A stretch of DNA of 64,000 nucleotides from positions 61,506,001 to 61,570,000 of the forward strand of contig CM052817.1 in the NCBI GenBank assembly GCA_028534125.1, in the 5' to 3' direction. Each line of letters begins with the position of its first letter. Position 1 is the first letter of the stretch. This document shows positions 39,148 through 51,504 of the stretch, piece after piece. This DNA is from Lama glama. Its lineage: Eukaryota. The position numbers and the translations under genes are program-made. The notes beneath the pieces are model-generated. The model was not told where the DNA came from. It made no database searches and worked only from the letters and a program-made list of their open reading frames with translations.

Positions 39148-39376
39148 TAACGCTTCTCACTTTAATATGCAAATACCCTGAGGATCCGGTTAGAAGGCAT
39201 GCGCGGGCCCACCCCGGAGGCTCTGATTGGCTGCGTCTGGGGCGGCGTGACTGTATTTGCAATTCCACTTCGCTCCTGCTGGTGCTGCCGCGCCGCAGAG
39301 CGGAGTTGGTCGAGGCGTTTGCTCGCTCGGACGTCCTGAAACATTGGTCGGAGGCCTTCAGCGACTGCAGGTAGAA
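39148..39376 (+). promoter_or_regulatory. CpG-rich promoter-like element with candidate first exon
   Basis: 20 CpGs in 39151-39370. Motifs: ATGCAAAT 39167-39174, GCATGCGC 39197-39204, CTGATTGGCT 39223-39232, GGGGCGG 39239-39245, initiator-like CCACTTC 39265-39271, donor CAG|GTAGAA at 39371. Confidence 0.6.
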
Positions 39377-41631
39377 ACCAACGTTTTCTCTCTTCCTGTG
39401 GCGTCTAAAATCAGAGACTCACGCCTCAGTTTATGAAATTTAGATACCTAGAAAAAAGAGGATTTAGTCTGGGGATTTTTGCACGTTTTTACCCACCTCT
39501 TTTTCTTTCCAGAGTTCTGTGGCGCTCGTGGGAAGCAGAGCAGATAAAACAGGTTCCGCACAGACCTGGCTGTTTCCTGAGCTGAAACAGTAAATGCCCC
39601 AGTCAGTGTGCAGCCCCCAAGTTAGGCGTTAAATTAAGTCTCACGTGGTACGGTTTCCCCATCATTCCGTATTAGGAATTTTCCTAACCTTTAAGATAAA
39701 CTTCATGGGGAGGTGAGGGAGTTGGGTGCGGCAGTAAGTTAGGAAAGAGCACGCGCGGAGCCAGGAGTAATGCATTTGGGTGTTTGGCCCGGTTGATTAC
39801 TAATTATTTCTCTGATCCCGGAGATGGCGTGGGTCCAATCCTGACCAGACCGTCCATCTCTATAAAAATTAGATCAGTGGTTTCTACGTTTTGATTGCTT
39901 TAGTAACTCTTGAAACATCTTCAGAAGCGACTACATAGAAGAGCCCAGAGGTAAGCATTTGGCACGTTAATTTCTTAGGGTTTTTTGTCTTTGTTTTTTG
40001 TTTTTTAAGCAACAGATAGTTCTAATTTGCAAAACCTTCAAAGAAACTCTAGATTCTTCAGATTCTCAGGAACAAGATTTGTAAATTGCTTAACTGGAAG
40101 GCGGCCTAAATTTCTTCCAATGCGACATTCAACCACCTGTGGGGATTGTGGATTTGTTCTGATTGATACACACCCATTCACATTCTCTACAATGACTCAA
40201 GCTTCTCCTGAAGAATAATTTGCTTGTTTTTGTTTTTAATCATAATCCCTTTTCTTCAGTGCTCTCCCCCCCTAAAACTAACAAGCAAGTTTTTGTTTGT
40301 TTGTTTTCTTTTCAAACTATTGGAAACTACTTGGTCTAGGAGTTGGGGTGGGAAGAGGAAAGGTTGGTTGTCTGCAGCCGCACAGGGAGGTCTGGGAGTT
40401 GCTCTGTTTTCTTAGCTGTGCTGTGCAAATGAACTGAAGGTTTAACACTTAGGTGCTGTTTGAAGATATAATACAACAGAGCCCAGAGGAGGGAGTGCAG
40501 GGCCGCCATGGCCGGCCTGGCCCGAGGCCCCTCGGTACAGCTGCTCTGGGAGCTGAGAAGCTAAAATTTGTTGCCATGGCTTAGACCTAAACAAACCCCT
40601 GCCTGTTCTGGTATGTAGATTATGTTCTTCGAGGACAGCACTGCTCACTCATTTTGCATCCATCTGTGTGACATACGGGTTTCAATCATTCCTCCACCGT
40701 CTCCCATTCTAAAGCTGCAGTCTGTTACATGATATAGTGCCTTGTCACTTAGCAGCAGACGCCATGGTGTTGGAATCAGCCTGTTCCTGCAGATTTTCCC
40801 TGGCTATACTGGAACCTCTGTCCTTAGGGACCTTGCTGTGGGACCACCTTGCAGGCGTTAATACTTTTCCCACTAAGCCCTCTTGGACAGAGGCCAGGGT
40901 GGATGCTGTTCTCAGCGGAGTAATGAAGATTCCAGGATACGTTTAGGTTAATGTGGAGGCAGGAGAGCACAGCATCCCCCTCTTCATCAGGCTCATCTTA
41001 ATTTCCTGTCTCTCTCTCTCTGCCCACCCTCTGGGAAATGACTCCTTTTGGTTTTTTCTAGTACAATGATATTTGGCCTGATTCTTTAGGTTTCCTCCAT
41101 CTCAGGACGCAGAAGCAATTTTAAGAACCAGAAGGTCTCCTAGGAAACAGCAAAATAACATTTCTAATTCCATGTAACATAGTAGGATGCTAGCAGATAC
41201 ATAGACATGTTTGTCAGTATAAAGTGTAACAGCAGGTGAAAACTACAAAATTTACAGACAAAAAGCACAGATAACTTTAATCTGAGCAGCACGCACACAT
41301 ACTTTCCCTGTATTAGTGACGTCAGTGGTATTTTCCTGGCAATGGAGAGAAAGGTGCTATGTGGTCTCAGAGTCAGACTTAAAAGATGCAAATGAGTGTC
41401 ATGAGGAAGGCTCCTGGTTGGCCCTGGATTCTTGAAGGAATTTGTGTTGATCTTTAAGGGGCCACTTTGTTACCTGAGGTGTTGCACACATGTTTTCAAT
41501 CTTGGAATGGGTGGGAAAAACCATCACTGGTAACAAGTCATGTTTATATCAGCTCTGAGAGCAAAATGTTAAATCTCATCCCACAAAACATTTCTGCAAG
41601 GGAGTTGAAAGGACATGGTCTATATACAGTG

Positions 41632-42070
41632 GTTCCTCATCCATTCTTTTCACATGTTCATTCATTGAACAAAATGTATCAGAGCACCTAGCATTTACCA
41701 TGCAGCACTGAAGTCACTGGGAATTTAACACAAGTCTCTTCCCTCCAAAAGTGTATGTTCCATCAGGAGAGGCACAGTGAACAAAGTTGCAATTGAACAT
41801 ACAGAGTATCGGGTGGTAAATGGAGCAAAATAAAGACGGGTGGAGGAAAGGCCAGGTAGGTGGGGGTGAACCAGAGAGGAAAGGAGGGAGGGAGCCACGT
41901 GGTATCTGGAGGAAGGTTGTTCCAGGCCAAGGGAAAACCTTGGCACATTTAGAGAACAGCCAAGAGCCAATGTGGCTGAAGTGAGTGGGAGAGAGGAGAC
42001 TAGGAGGAGAGAAGGTGATTGGGAAGGTCCCAGAGGGCCTGGTGGGCCATTTTAAGGACTTGAGCTGTTA
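41632..42070 (-). mobile_element. L2 LINE
   Basis: TTCATTCATTGAACAAAATGTATCAGAGCACCTA...GAGGCCAATGTGGCTGAAG-like segment...GGCCATTTTAAGGACTTGAGC. Confidence 0.7.
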
Positions 42071-45000
42071 ACTTTAACGGTAAATGGTTAACAAATCCCT
42101 CAGGTTGGCATGTGTTATGGTCTCTCTGTCTCTCTCTCGGTCCCCACGTCTGAGGCAGATTTTTGGCAACTGGTAGACCACATTCCAATGTCTGAATGAA
42201 TGAAGGCCTGAGTGTGTCTGCTGTGTACTAACCACCTTTGACTTTTACTGTGATTTGTTCACAGGGCAGGGCTTCCTGAACACTCTATTTTTGGCTTATA
42301 AGAGAAATTATGTAGTTCTCATCTTGATGAAATTTCACAAGTCTGGACTCCGTCTAATTTCTGCAATACAAAATTTAGTAGTCTCCAGTTTTCCTTTCCT
42401 TGTTCCTTGGCCTGGAGGGAGCTCGTTCTTATGGGGCTGCCACACTGAGACATGAGCCTTCGATGACCCTTGCTCAGGTCAGCCCTGGGGGGGGGGCTTC
42501 CCCTAGAATTCTTAAGGGCCAGGATGGGTAGGAAGTTGGTGAAATGATCAGATGTTTTAAGTTGCTGAAGGCCCAGGAGATTAGATGGTACCTGAGTCCA
42601 CAGCTGAAGGGAATCAGTCTGCCTTCTTCCCACCATCCCTCCGAAGAGGTGTTGTGGAACTTCACTTTAAAAGTCTGAGATGCTTGTTTCATTTGTCATT
42701 GATGACCTCCCAAAGTGTTGCTAACCACTGTTTTAGAGAGCTGCCAGGCTTTGGGGAAATCACATTGTAATCTCCACCCCAAACATTTTTGTCCAAGAAA
42801 AGTAACTGTCAGGAACAGCTTAAAGGTTAAAGGGAGTCCCTGAAACAAATCATGAATGTGTGCATGCTAAGAGTGTGGACTTGGTTGGTGGTGGGTGGGG
42901 ATGTCAGTGGATGGTGTGGCTGGGCCAAGTGGACCTTGTTTATCTGGGTAAAGAAAACGGCTTCCTTGGCCGCCTTCCTCCACCTTGCCCTCTGCTCGTC
43001 TTGAGTTACTGCCCAGCTGGACAGCATTCAGCTTGTTCTTCAAACTGCTCTCTAGCCATGCAACAAAGTGTTCAAATCTTTATAGATATTTCCCTCTAAA
43101 TACACATAACAATGTTTGATACTTGGGACAGTGTTTGTTCCTTCTGGAATCCAGATACATGTGTGCATTTGCCAATCTGTGTGGCTAGTTTATGAGCTTT
43201 GGAAGACTATCAACGGTTGACAGTTGATCACTTATCCCAAGTAGGAAAGGCTCATTAGTGTCCTGTCCCATTACCACCCTCCTTGACCAATCAGTCATCA
43301 GAATAATTCCCGCAAACACGCCTAATTCTGTTTCCAGATCACCACCTCTGTGTGACATCATGGGAGCTTAGTGCAAATAAATCTCCAGAGGAACCTGTGC
43401 TGGACAGATATTGAAATGGATTGCCACAGGAGAGCATTACTTATCTCCTTAGAGAGCAAGGTTTATCGCTAAAGCAAGGTTTTGACAAAAAACACTCCCG
43501 GGGCTTCCACGTACCTGGGTGTAGCCAAAGCATTTCACCATCAAATCTGGACATAGCCCAGAGCAAAATTAGAGCAGAATCTTATTAGCAGCTCAGAACC
43601 AGGATGTTCGGGGTACAAGGGGAAGCAGCTGCGGCAACACATTCTAGCTACTACTGCTGTTTAACCAGCAAGGTTGGAGAGGCTCCTAGTTGTGGCTGCT
43701 GAAATTGTCCCTGTTGGTGTTGAAAAGGCAATTGTTGAAGAGAAAGCTGCCTTCCTTCCAAGTCTTGAATTATCCTTAGTGGAAATTTTGTGTCACTGCA
43801 GGGGGTAGTATATGGCTTTCTGATGGGAGGATGCTCAGGATCAAAATGGAAACTTACACAACTTCTAAGCATGTTCTTTTCAGATTCACTCCTCCTGAGG
43901 TTATAAACTGAAAATGGGAGTTGATTATTTTCAACATATTCTCTTAAATCCAGAATGGGACAAAGAAATGACCAAAAAAATTGGTGATGGCAAAAATACT
44001 TATGGAGGATAAGGCAGAGAAGTCACTGCAGATTTAGCCGGTCTGAAAGGGCAGTGTAAAGGAGTGGGATATATAGTTAGGCCTCACGCTTGTACAGAAT
44101 CCAGGAGAATGGCAGGTGGAGAGCAGACCCAAGTAGAGGACCGAGATGTGTCCAAGTATACTTCCAATCTGGAAGGAGTAGGGCAAAGGTCGGGGGGGGG
44201 ATGGTGGGCATTTAATAACCCAGAAGGTAAGAATTAGTGACTTTAAAGCTAGGGAAACAGGTTCAAAATAGTTAAATGTTTTTCACAAGGTAGCGAATGA
44301 CAGAATCAGAACTTGGATGGCGGTCTGTCTTCAAAGCCCATGTTCTGTGCCTTCATCTATTAGTCAGAAGTGTTGGATTCACTTTGATTCCGAGAACATA
44401 ACGAAGCGAGATGTTCAGATTAAGCCCCTTAAAAGTCAGGGCTACATGAGAGTCTTGATTATCAGAATTTTTGTTCTGTATGTCAGAAATGGGAAATCAG
44501 CAGTCTATCTCCCAGTTGCAATCTTTGGCCATCAGATTAAAAAAATTTTAAACAGTTGCCAACTGCTAAAACACTGAAGATTATATACCCCAGAGTGAGA
44601 ATTCTGTCTTGGCTCTAGGAAGGTTTGGCAGCTTTTGCCTTTCTGATGGGAAGGTGCTGGAGCCCAGCAGCTGCCGTTCCTCCTCGGGGGCACGGGCTCC
44701 TCAGTTGTCTCCCGTGACCCTGCAGGCTTGTCTGCCCATCACCTGCCTGCCCCTGCCAACCTTTGAGATCCAGGCCCCTGACTTAACAAAGAGCCACGAG
44801 TGCTCTCAGTAGGAGAGGAGTGTGATGAAGGAAGAGTTTTAAGAGGTAAGAAAAAGGACAAAGTGATGAAAACAGGTCTTTAAACTTGGCTCATATGACG
44901 CTTCATGCACTTGCTGGCAATTCTGAATATTCACCCCCTCCATTCAAATCTCTCCGGTAAACAAGCTGTTCTGGGGAGCAGTGTATGGTTTGTAAGGTGA

Positions 45001-46689
45001 AGGAGCCAATCAGTGTGTCATGTTAGTGTTGGGAGGTACATTAGCAGCTGAGTCCAGCCCTTGTTTTTAAGAGCTGAGGACAGAAAGGCCTGTCTAGGAA
45101 AAGCGATTGGACCCCAGGTGGCCTGGAGCGAGAGCTGTTCTCCACTGAATGTGTGAGAAAGGTCACTCATTTGTAATGTTAGAAAATGAAGCAAAGTGTC
45201 AGAGTTGGGGTAAAAGTCCTATTGGAACTGTACATTGAATAATGAGCCTGGTTTTTTTTTTTAGTCTCTTGTGTCTCTTTATAACTCTTCTCAGTGGGTT
45301 TCATGGTGGGCTGTGGCTCTCCTTGCAAACCTGTTTGCCCTGAGAACGTGTGGAAGGTCTTGGCACCCCTCCCCCGTCTTCCACCCCCCAGTTCTTTGAC
45401 GGAGAAGATAGCCGAGTCTACATGAGGGCAAACCAGTGGCCTGGAAAATAGAAAATACAGTCAATTTTTGGTTCTGACACCTTTGGATTTTATGTAGCAT
45501 TAACGTTCCCAAAAAAACAAAATTCAGAGGCTGCTAACTTTCAAACTTTTCACACATTGACAACTATCATTTGCTATGGAAATCATTACATTAAGAAAAG
45601 AACATTTTAACATCAAAGAAGTGGAAAGGACATGATCTCAGAATAATTGACAACTTTTCCTGAGAAAAGATGGTTGGCAATCTAGCCCTGACATATATAT
45701 AAGAACAAATGCATCTATGTGAACGTTAACACGTAAAAACTGATCTGATCTTGCTCTGAGTGAGTGAACATTTTAACATAGTCTGGTATTTGGGAACATT
45801 TGTTCTCAACAGCACCCAACTACAAACTGAAATATTTTTATTGCCACTGGGACTGAATTTTGATTACTTCTTTGTTTTCCTGTTAAACCATCTGCCAAGT
45901 TTGTTTTTTAATCTGAAAGAGCCTACAAACGCCATCCTGTCATATTGACGTATATATTTATAGTCAGAGCTCTGGGCCGCGTCTGAGTGTACTCCAAAAC
46001 CTCGCAGAAAAGGAGCCGTCTGCCCTGTGTTCTCGAATTCATGGTTCTGTCTGGTTGTAGCTTGATTCCTTTTAATATAAGCTGTGCTGTCGAGGTGAAT
46101 TTTGCTTGCTGGTGGTCATGGGGAAGGCAATTACAAAGTCTGACATTATTCTTGGAATGATTTTAAGCAAAATATCATAGTTCATCAAAACCTGTCTGCA
46201 AAACGCCAACAAGTTAATAGTCATTTATGTACAGAAGGAAAAAATTACGGCTGCCAGACCACCTTCATGTGGGAGATTGGGCCATAAATTTTAAATATCC
46301 ATTGTGAGAATTATATTATGTGTAAGGAAATCAGCATCCTGCAGTTTTATAAGTAGGCCTAGGAGGGCGTAATGCACAAAGAAAGATTTAACAAGAGATA
46401 TAAGCAGAACAGGCAGATGAGAAGACATCTCTGAAACTTCTGGTGCCTCCTACAAGGCTTCTGGGAAAGGGCATAGTTCCTAAGGCTTTTTTAAAACACA
46501 AAATGGTGGCGTGGGGTCCTGGTTGTTTTCAACATTTAGAACTGCTTCCACTTTTGAACACTTCATGTGTGCTAAGTACCTCATGTCGATCATCTAACAT
46601 AAGCTTCAGAGGGGCCACAAGATGTAGATACTAACGAAGCTGAGGTTTACTGAGACTGGTAACTTGCACAGGTTCTCAGCCTGGTAGGC

Positions 46690-47000
46690 CAGCCTGTATC
46701 TGGCCATTGTATCATAAAAGGCACTGTCTAAGGGCAGATGGATCATAGAAACGCACCCACTGGGCAAGGGGGTTATAAAAAGGCGCCTGTCCTATGTCCA
46801 CGTAGCCTGCCTAGGGGGATACAGCTAAGACATCTTGAAGTGTGAGTATCGTCTTTGACAAGGGGCACCTCTCTTATTACAAAGTAGGCGCAGTCCTGCA
46901 CCAGGGCACATGGCTTGGGGAGCAATGGGCTGAGTTTTATCTCCAGTTCTGGCCAAGCACCCCCTGCCTATTGGCCGCATTACATCAACTTGCCCTAGGC
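46690..47000 (-). mobile_element. MER91-like hAT-Tip100 relic interrupting a MIR (~46550-46685 and ~47010-47080)
   Basis: GGCGCAGTCCTGCACCAGGGCACATGGCTTGGGGAGC...GGGCTGAGTTTTATCTCCA resembles the reverse complement of recalled MER91. Confidence 0.4.
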
Positions 47001-48411
47001 AGACCACAGGACAAATAGAGGGCCTGGGAGTCAACCCCAGGCAGTGTGACCCTGGAGGTACATGCTTAGGTGCAATCCTCCCTTATCTTTCTTACCCAGT
47101 TCAGCCCAGTGAGCAGGTGTCTCCATCATCCATGTGGGGGCCACCAGCATTGTTCTTTCTTTTTCCTACCACTGTTCCATTTACCTAGGCTACGTATGCA
47201 CTTATATCCCCAGTGCCTGAGACAGGAACCCTGCCTTCAAAGAATTCATGTTCTAGAGACATCACAATTTCACAAGCAATTAATTAAGCAGTTGATGCAC
47301 CTGGTGGTAGGTGCCGGTGGAGGGAACATAAAAGGCACCATATTCACACAAGCTGGGGCAGACTCGGCATGGGAAGACTTCCGGGGGGCAGCTGTGGCTA
47401 AGCTGGGACCTTTGGAAGGAAGAATAGGAGTCAAGCGAAAGAAGGGTAGGATGTGACAGGCCCGCTGGGTGGGCTGTGGGAAGAAGCAGGGTCAGGTCAC
47501 AGGTTCGTGGGCCACGGCAAGGGGTTCACACCTTATCCTAGGGCTAAAGGGAACCATTGAATGGTTTTAAGCAGAAACATGTCTTTTCAAATAATCCTGT
47601 TTGTTCATGGAGTCGTTTTCAGATGACTTTAGAACTTTATAGTCACTTCATATAATAAGATCTTACCTGGTTTTTAATTATTTCAAACCACCTTCAAAAA
47701 CACTTTCTAATCACCCCCCAAAGGCTAAGTGACTCATTCTGGGTCTTCAGGCTAGACTTGATGCATCGCTGTCCTACTCCATCACAGCACTGAGCGTGAT
47801 TCCATTGACATACCTGTGTCTGCAATGCTTTGTTTGCTGCCTCCCCAATCTGAATATAAGCTCTGTGTGGACAGCAACCTTGTCTGTTTTGCTCACTCAT
47901 ATGGTAAATATTCAGCAAATGTTTAAGTGAATGAATGGATGTCCCATGGCAAGTGCATGCTACTCCTCAGTATCTAGGGGCTCCCCAGCAGGTGGTCCTT
48001 GGGAGCTGGTGCCCGAGACATGAATTGTGAACTTCCTGTCACTGGGAGTTTAGAACATGCTTTCAGGATATGCACAGTTAAACTTGTTTTAATACAGCCT
48101 TCCCTGAAATTGACATACATGTCTTTTTTTTTTTTTTTTTTAGAAAGCCTATATCGATTCATGGCTCCATTAGAAATAAAGTAGAAGTTACTGGAGATGC
48201 TCACAGTCACTGCAAGCTAACGCTTTGCCTTCTTCGACAGAGAGGTTCAACATAAGTTTGGGAGAACTCCAGAACTGAGGTCTTCACGACCCATGATACT
48301 GTACTGTCCCTTTACATCTCACATTTTGGGTTTCAAACTGGATTGTGTATTGGATGCTGCCAATTCAAACATTTGTTAATATCTAGAATTACACACGCTT
48401 TTGTTTTTTGT

Positions 48412-48634
48412 ATATATTTTTATTGAAGTATGGTCAGTTTATAATGTGTCAATTTGTGGTGTATAGCATAATGTTTCAATCATACATGAACATACATGTA
48501 TTCATTTTCATATGCTTTTCCACCATAAGTTACTGCAAGATATTGTGCTATACATTATGAACTTATCTTATATATAATTAGTATCTGTAAATCTCAAACT
48601 CCTAATTTATCCTTACCCACCCCTTTCCCCCCCA
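48412..48634 (-). mobile_element. L1 3' end (camelid/cetartiodactyl-type), antisense
   Basis: TTTTTATTGAAGTATGGTCAGTTTATAATGTGTCAATTTGTGGTGTATAGCAT...CAAACTCCTAATTTATCCTTACCCACCCC. Confidence 0.8.
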
Positions 48635-48691
48635 TATTTCTAGATATTGAATCAGGTTCTGAATTAATCGGGAGCATATAGTTGGGGCCAG

Positions 48692-49946
48692 TGTATTAGT
48701 TTCCTTTTTGTGCTATAATAACGTATCACAAAATTAGTGATTTTAAACAGTACAATTTTACTACATTTCTAGAGGTCATAAGTTGTTATCTTATGATTTA
48801 TAATAAGAAATATATATTTGTTCTCTGTCCCCGTTCCTGGCACCGAACTCCTAAAACCCTTGGAATTTCCTTAGTGAGGAGCGCAGTAAAGGCGTCTTAC
48901 ATTAGTAATGTGACTTTTGGAAAATACCTAAGAAGGGAGGATCCTAGTTGCCAGGGAGCCAACCAAGTGATTGGAGGGTTGAAACTTTCAGTCCCACCCC
49001 TTTTCACCTCAGCCTCTGTGAGGAGAGGCTGGAGGGTGAATCGGATCACCAATGGCCAATGATTTAATCAATCGTGCCTATGTCATGAAGCTTCCATAAA
49101 ACCCCCAAAAAGATGGGGTTAGAGTGTCCAGGTTGGTGAACACAGATTTGGGCGGCGTGGGGTGCCCAGAAAGTATCCTCCATACTCTGCCCTGTTTTCC
49201 TCTTCCATCTGGCTGTTCCTGAGTTATATCCTTTTATAATAAACCTGTACGTGATCTAGTAAGTAAATTGTTTCTCTGAGTTCTGTGAGCCACTCTAGCA
49301 ACTTAATTGAACCCAAGGAGAGGATTGTTAGAACCTCCAATCTGTAGCTGGTTGCTCAGACGCATAGGTGACAACCTGGAATTGAGTTTGGCATCTGAAG
49401 TGGAGGCAGGGGTTCAGTTTTGTAGGACTGAGTCCTTAATCTCTGGAATCTGGTGCTGTCCTCAAGGAGATAGTGTTAGAGTTGAATTGTAGGATATTCA
49501 TTGGAGGATTGGTTGGTGACGTAGGGAAAAATAAATACATGCATCAGAACGGAAATTGGTATGACAACTGTAGGAGTCCAAAATGGATTTCAGAGGGTGA
49601 AAAATAAGGGCTCGACAGGGCTGTGTTACACTGCTGGAGGCTCTAGGGAAGACTTAATTTCTTGCCTTCTCCAGCTTCTGGAGGCTACCTGTGTTCCTTG
49701 CTTCTCCACCCCTTCCAACAATCACTGTGCTGTGATCTCTGCTTCCAGGACCCATCTTCTCTGACTCACTCTTTTGCCTTCTTTCATGTGTAGGAACCCT
49801 TATGGTTGTATCAAGCCTACCCTGATAATCCAGGCTAGTCTCTCCATTTCAAAATCCTTAGCTTAATCAAAGTCCCTTTGCCACGTTCCTAGGTTCTGAG
49901 GATTAGGATGTGGACATCTTTAGAGGACCATTATCTGCCTGCCTCA
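48692..49946 (-). mobile_element. MaLR LTR (MLT1C/D-like) split by a MER21 insertion
   Basis: TGTATTAGTTTCC...GAGGTCATAAGT (48692-48783) resumes as AGTCCAAAATGG...GGAGGCTCTAGGGAAG...GATTAGGATGTGGACATCTT (49575-49946). Confidence 0.75.
48784..49572 (+). mobile_element. MER21-like solo LTR
   Basis: TGTTATCTTATGATTTATAATAAGAAATATATATTTG...CTCCTAAAACCCTTGGAATTTCC...CCAATGGCCAATGATTTAATCAATCGTGCC...CTGAGTTCTGTGAGCCACTCTAGCAA. Confidence 0.8.
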
Positions 49947-49969
49947 GCTGCTGTATGGTGCATATACCC

Positions 49970-50180
49970 AGTTGGTAGAGAAAAAATGGTATGAGTTAAA
50001 TTAGACTTGATTCCTGTTCACTTCTACCACTCACCAGAAATACAGTCTTAGGAAAGTTACTTAACTTGTCTAAGCCTCAGTTCCTCATCTGTTAAATAGG
50101 AAGGATATTATCCTACCTCATAGTCATGAAGCTTATAGACAATAGAACATGTTACTGCCTGTACCTCGTAAGCACTTTAA
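49970..50180 (+). mobile_element. MIR SINE
   Basis: CTTAGGAAAGTTACTTAACTTGTCTAAGCCTCAGTTCCTCATCTGTTAAATAGG. Confidence 0.8.
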
Positions 50181-51504
50181 AATGTTTGATATCACCGTTG
50201 TTAGCTTCTTTTCCTTGAGCAGACATCCCTGGTAGCACTTGAGTCTTTGACTTGGAGATTTTCAGAGGCTTACCATAGTATGCCACTATTTTCTGAAGGA
50301 TTTTTGTTAACTTAATGTTACGATTTTCATGAAAGAAAATTGTAAAATACTCAGTAGTAAGTTCAGAAATTATCACTGAGAGTAATACAAACTTTGAAGA
50401 AAACAGCTTTCAATTTCAACAAGAATTTAATTTAGAGACTGGGTGTGCCCTCAGAAATTTTTCAAAAGTACATCGCCAAAATTTCAGTGGGTTCAGGATC
50501 CCATCAGCCCGGGTGTTTATGGTCTTTATCAGAATCTGCTTTCCTCTCTGAGCCTTGACAGAAATTGCTTCTGGACTCTTACTAGAAATCGTCATGGTAT
50601 ATTTAGGGCTAGCATTGTAAGTTAGACTACGCACAGCTCGCCCCTAAAACTAAATGTCCATAGAATAAGGCTCGTTTCCTGCTGCTGCTTTCCTAACTGA
50701 GTTTTGGAAAATCAGTTTCCTATAAATTCAAAACGAGGTGCCAATGTGCCATAGGGATTTTAAAAAGACCCTCAGCAGCTGCCTGAACTTGCCTTCAGGT
50801 GAGGTTCTATTACATCCTTTCATCTCCTTTCTCCTCACTGAAGAGCAGATCTGCCTGCTGCAGGGAGAGCTCTGTTCTCTGCTGACAACTGGCACTGAGG
50901 GTCTCCGCACACAAACAGGTCTCTGCACATATTTTGAAAACCTTGAGTAGAAAACCAATTTGAGAATGGTAGATGCAACTGCCCTCCAGAACACACATGT
51001 TCACACACACACAAACACATATAAACACACACTCAGGAATGTAGAAAGAATCTCTTGAAGCCCAGTGCAGAAGCGAATTTCCAGAACAAAAATACCTTTG
51101 AGGCCATTCCTAGAAGTTCTGAGCTTTGGACAAGGATAATTCTTGGCTCACACACCTTTCCTAGAGAGTTAGAAATTGAAAGTACAATTACTGAGTAATG
51201 AATTTTTTTCTAATAAACATGCCAGAAATTCTACATCCAAAGATTGTTAATCATCCGTACGTTCATTGCACTAACGGGTATTGAGTTCAATAGACACTGT
51301 TAAATGACAAGAGTTTTCACCCATGAGAAGTAAATGTGAAATCCTATGATCACACAGTAACTGTAGCTTGTTGCTTTTACAGAATAGATGATTTCTGAAA
51401 TGTTCTGTGAGCTAATTTTTTTTTACATTTGTTATTAATGCCATAAAAGATTTTATCATTTTTAAGCCACCTTGCCGTAAATCTTTTTGAATAATCAATG
51501 TTTT

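Noticed and set aside
39160..39300. snRNA gene or histone H2B promoter suggested by the octamer and CCAAT box
   Set aside because: No recognisable snRNA body, PSE, TATA box or histone ORF follows.
47070..47456. 128-aa + strand ORF
   Set aside because: Non-ATG start, overlaps MIR/L2-like sequence, no recognisable domain.
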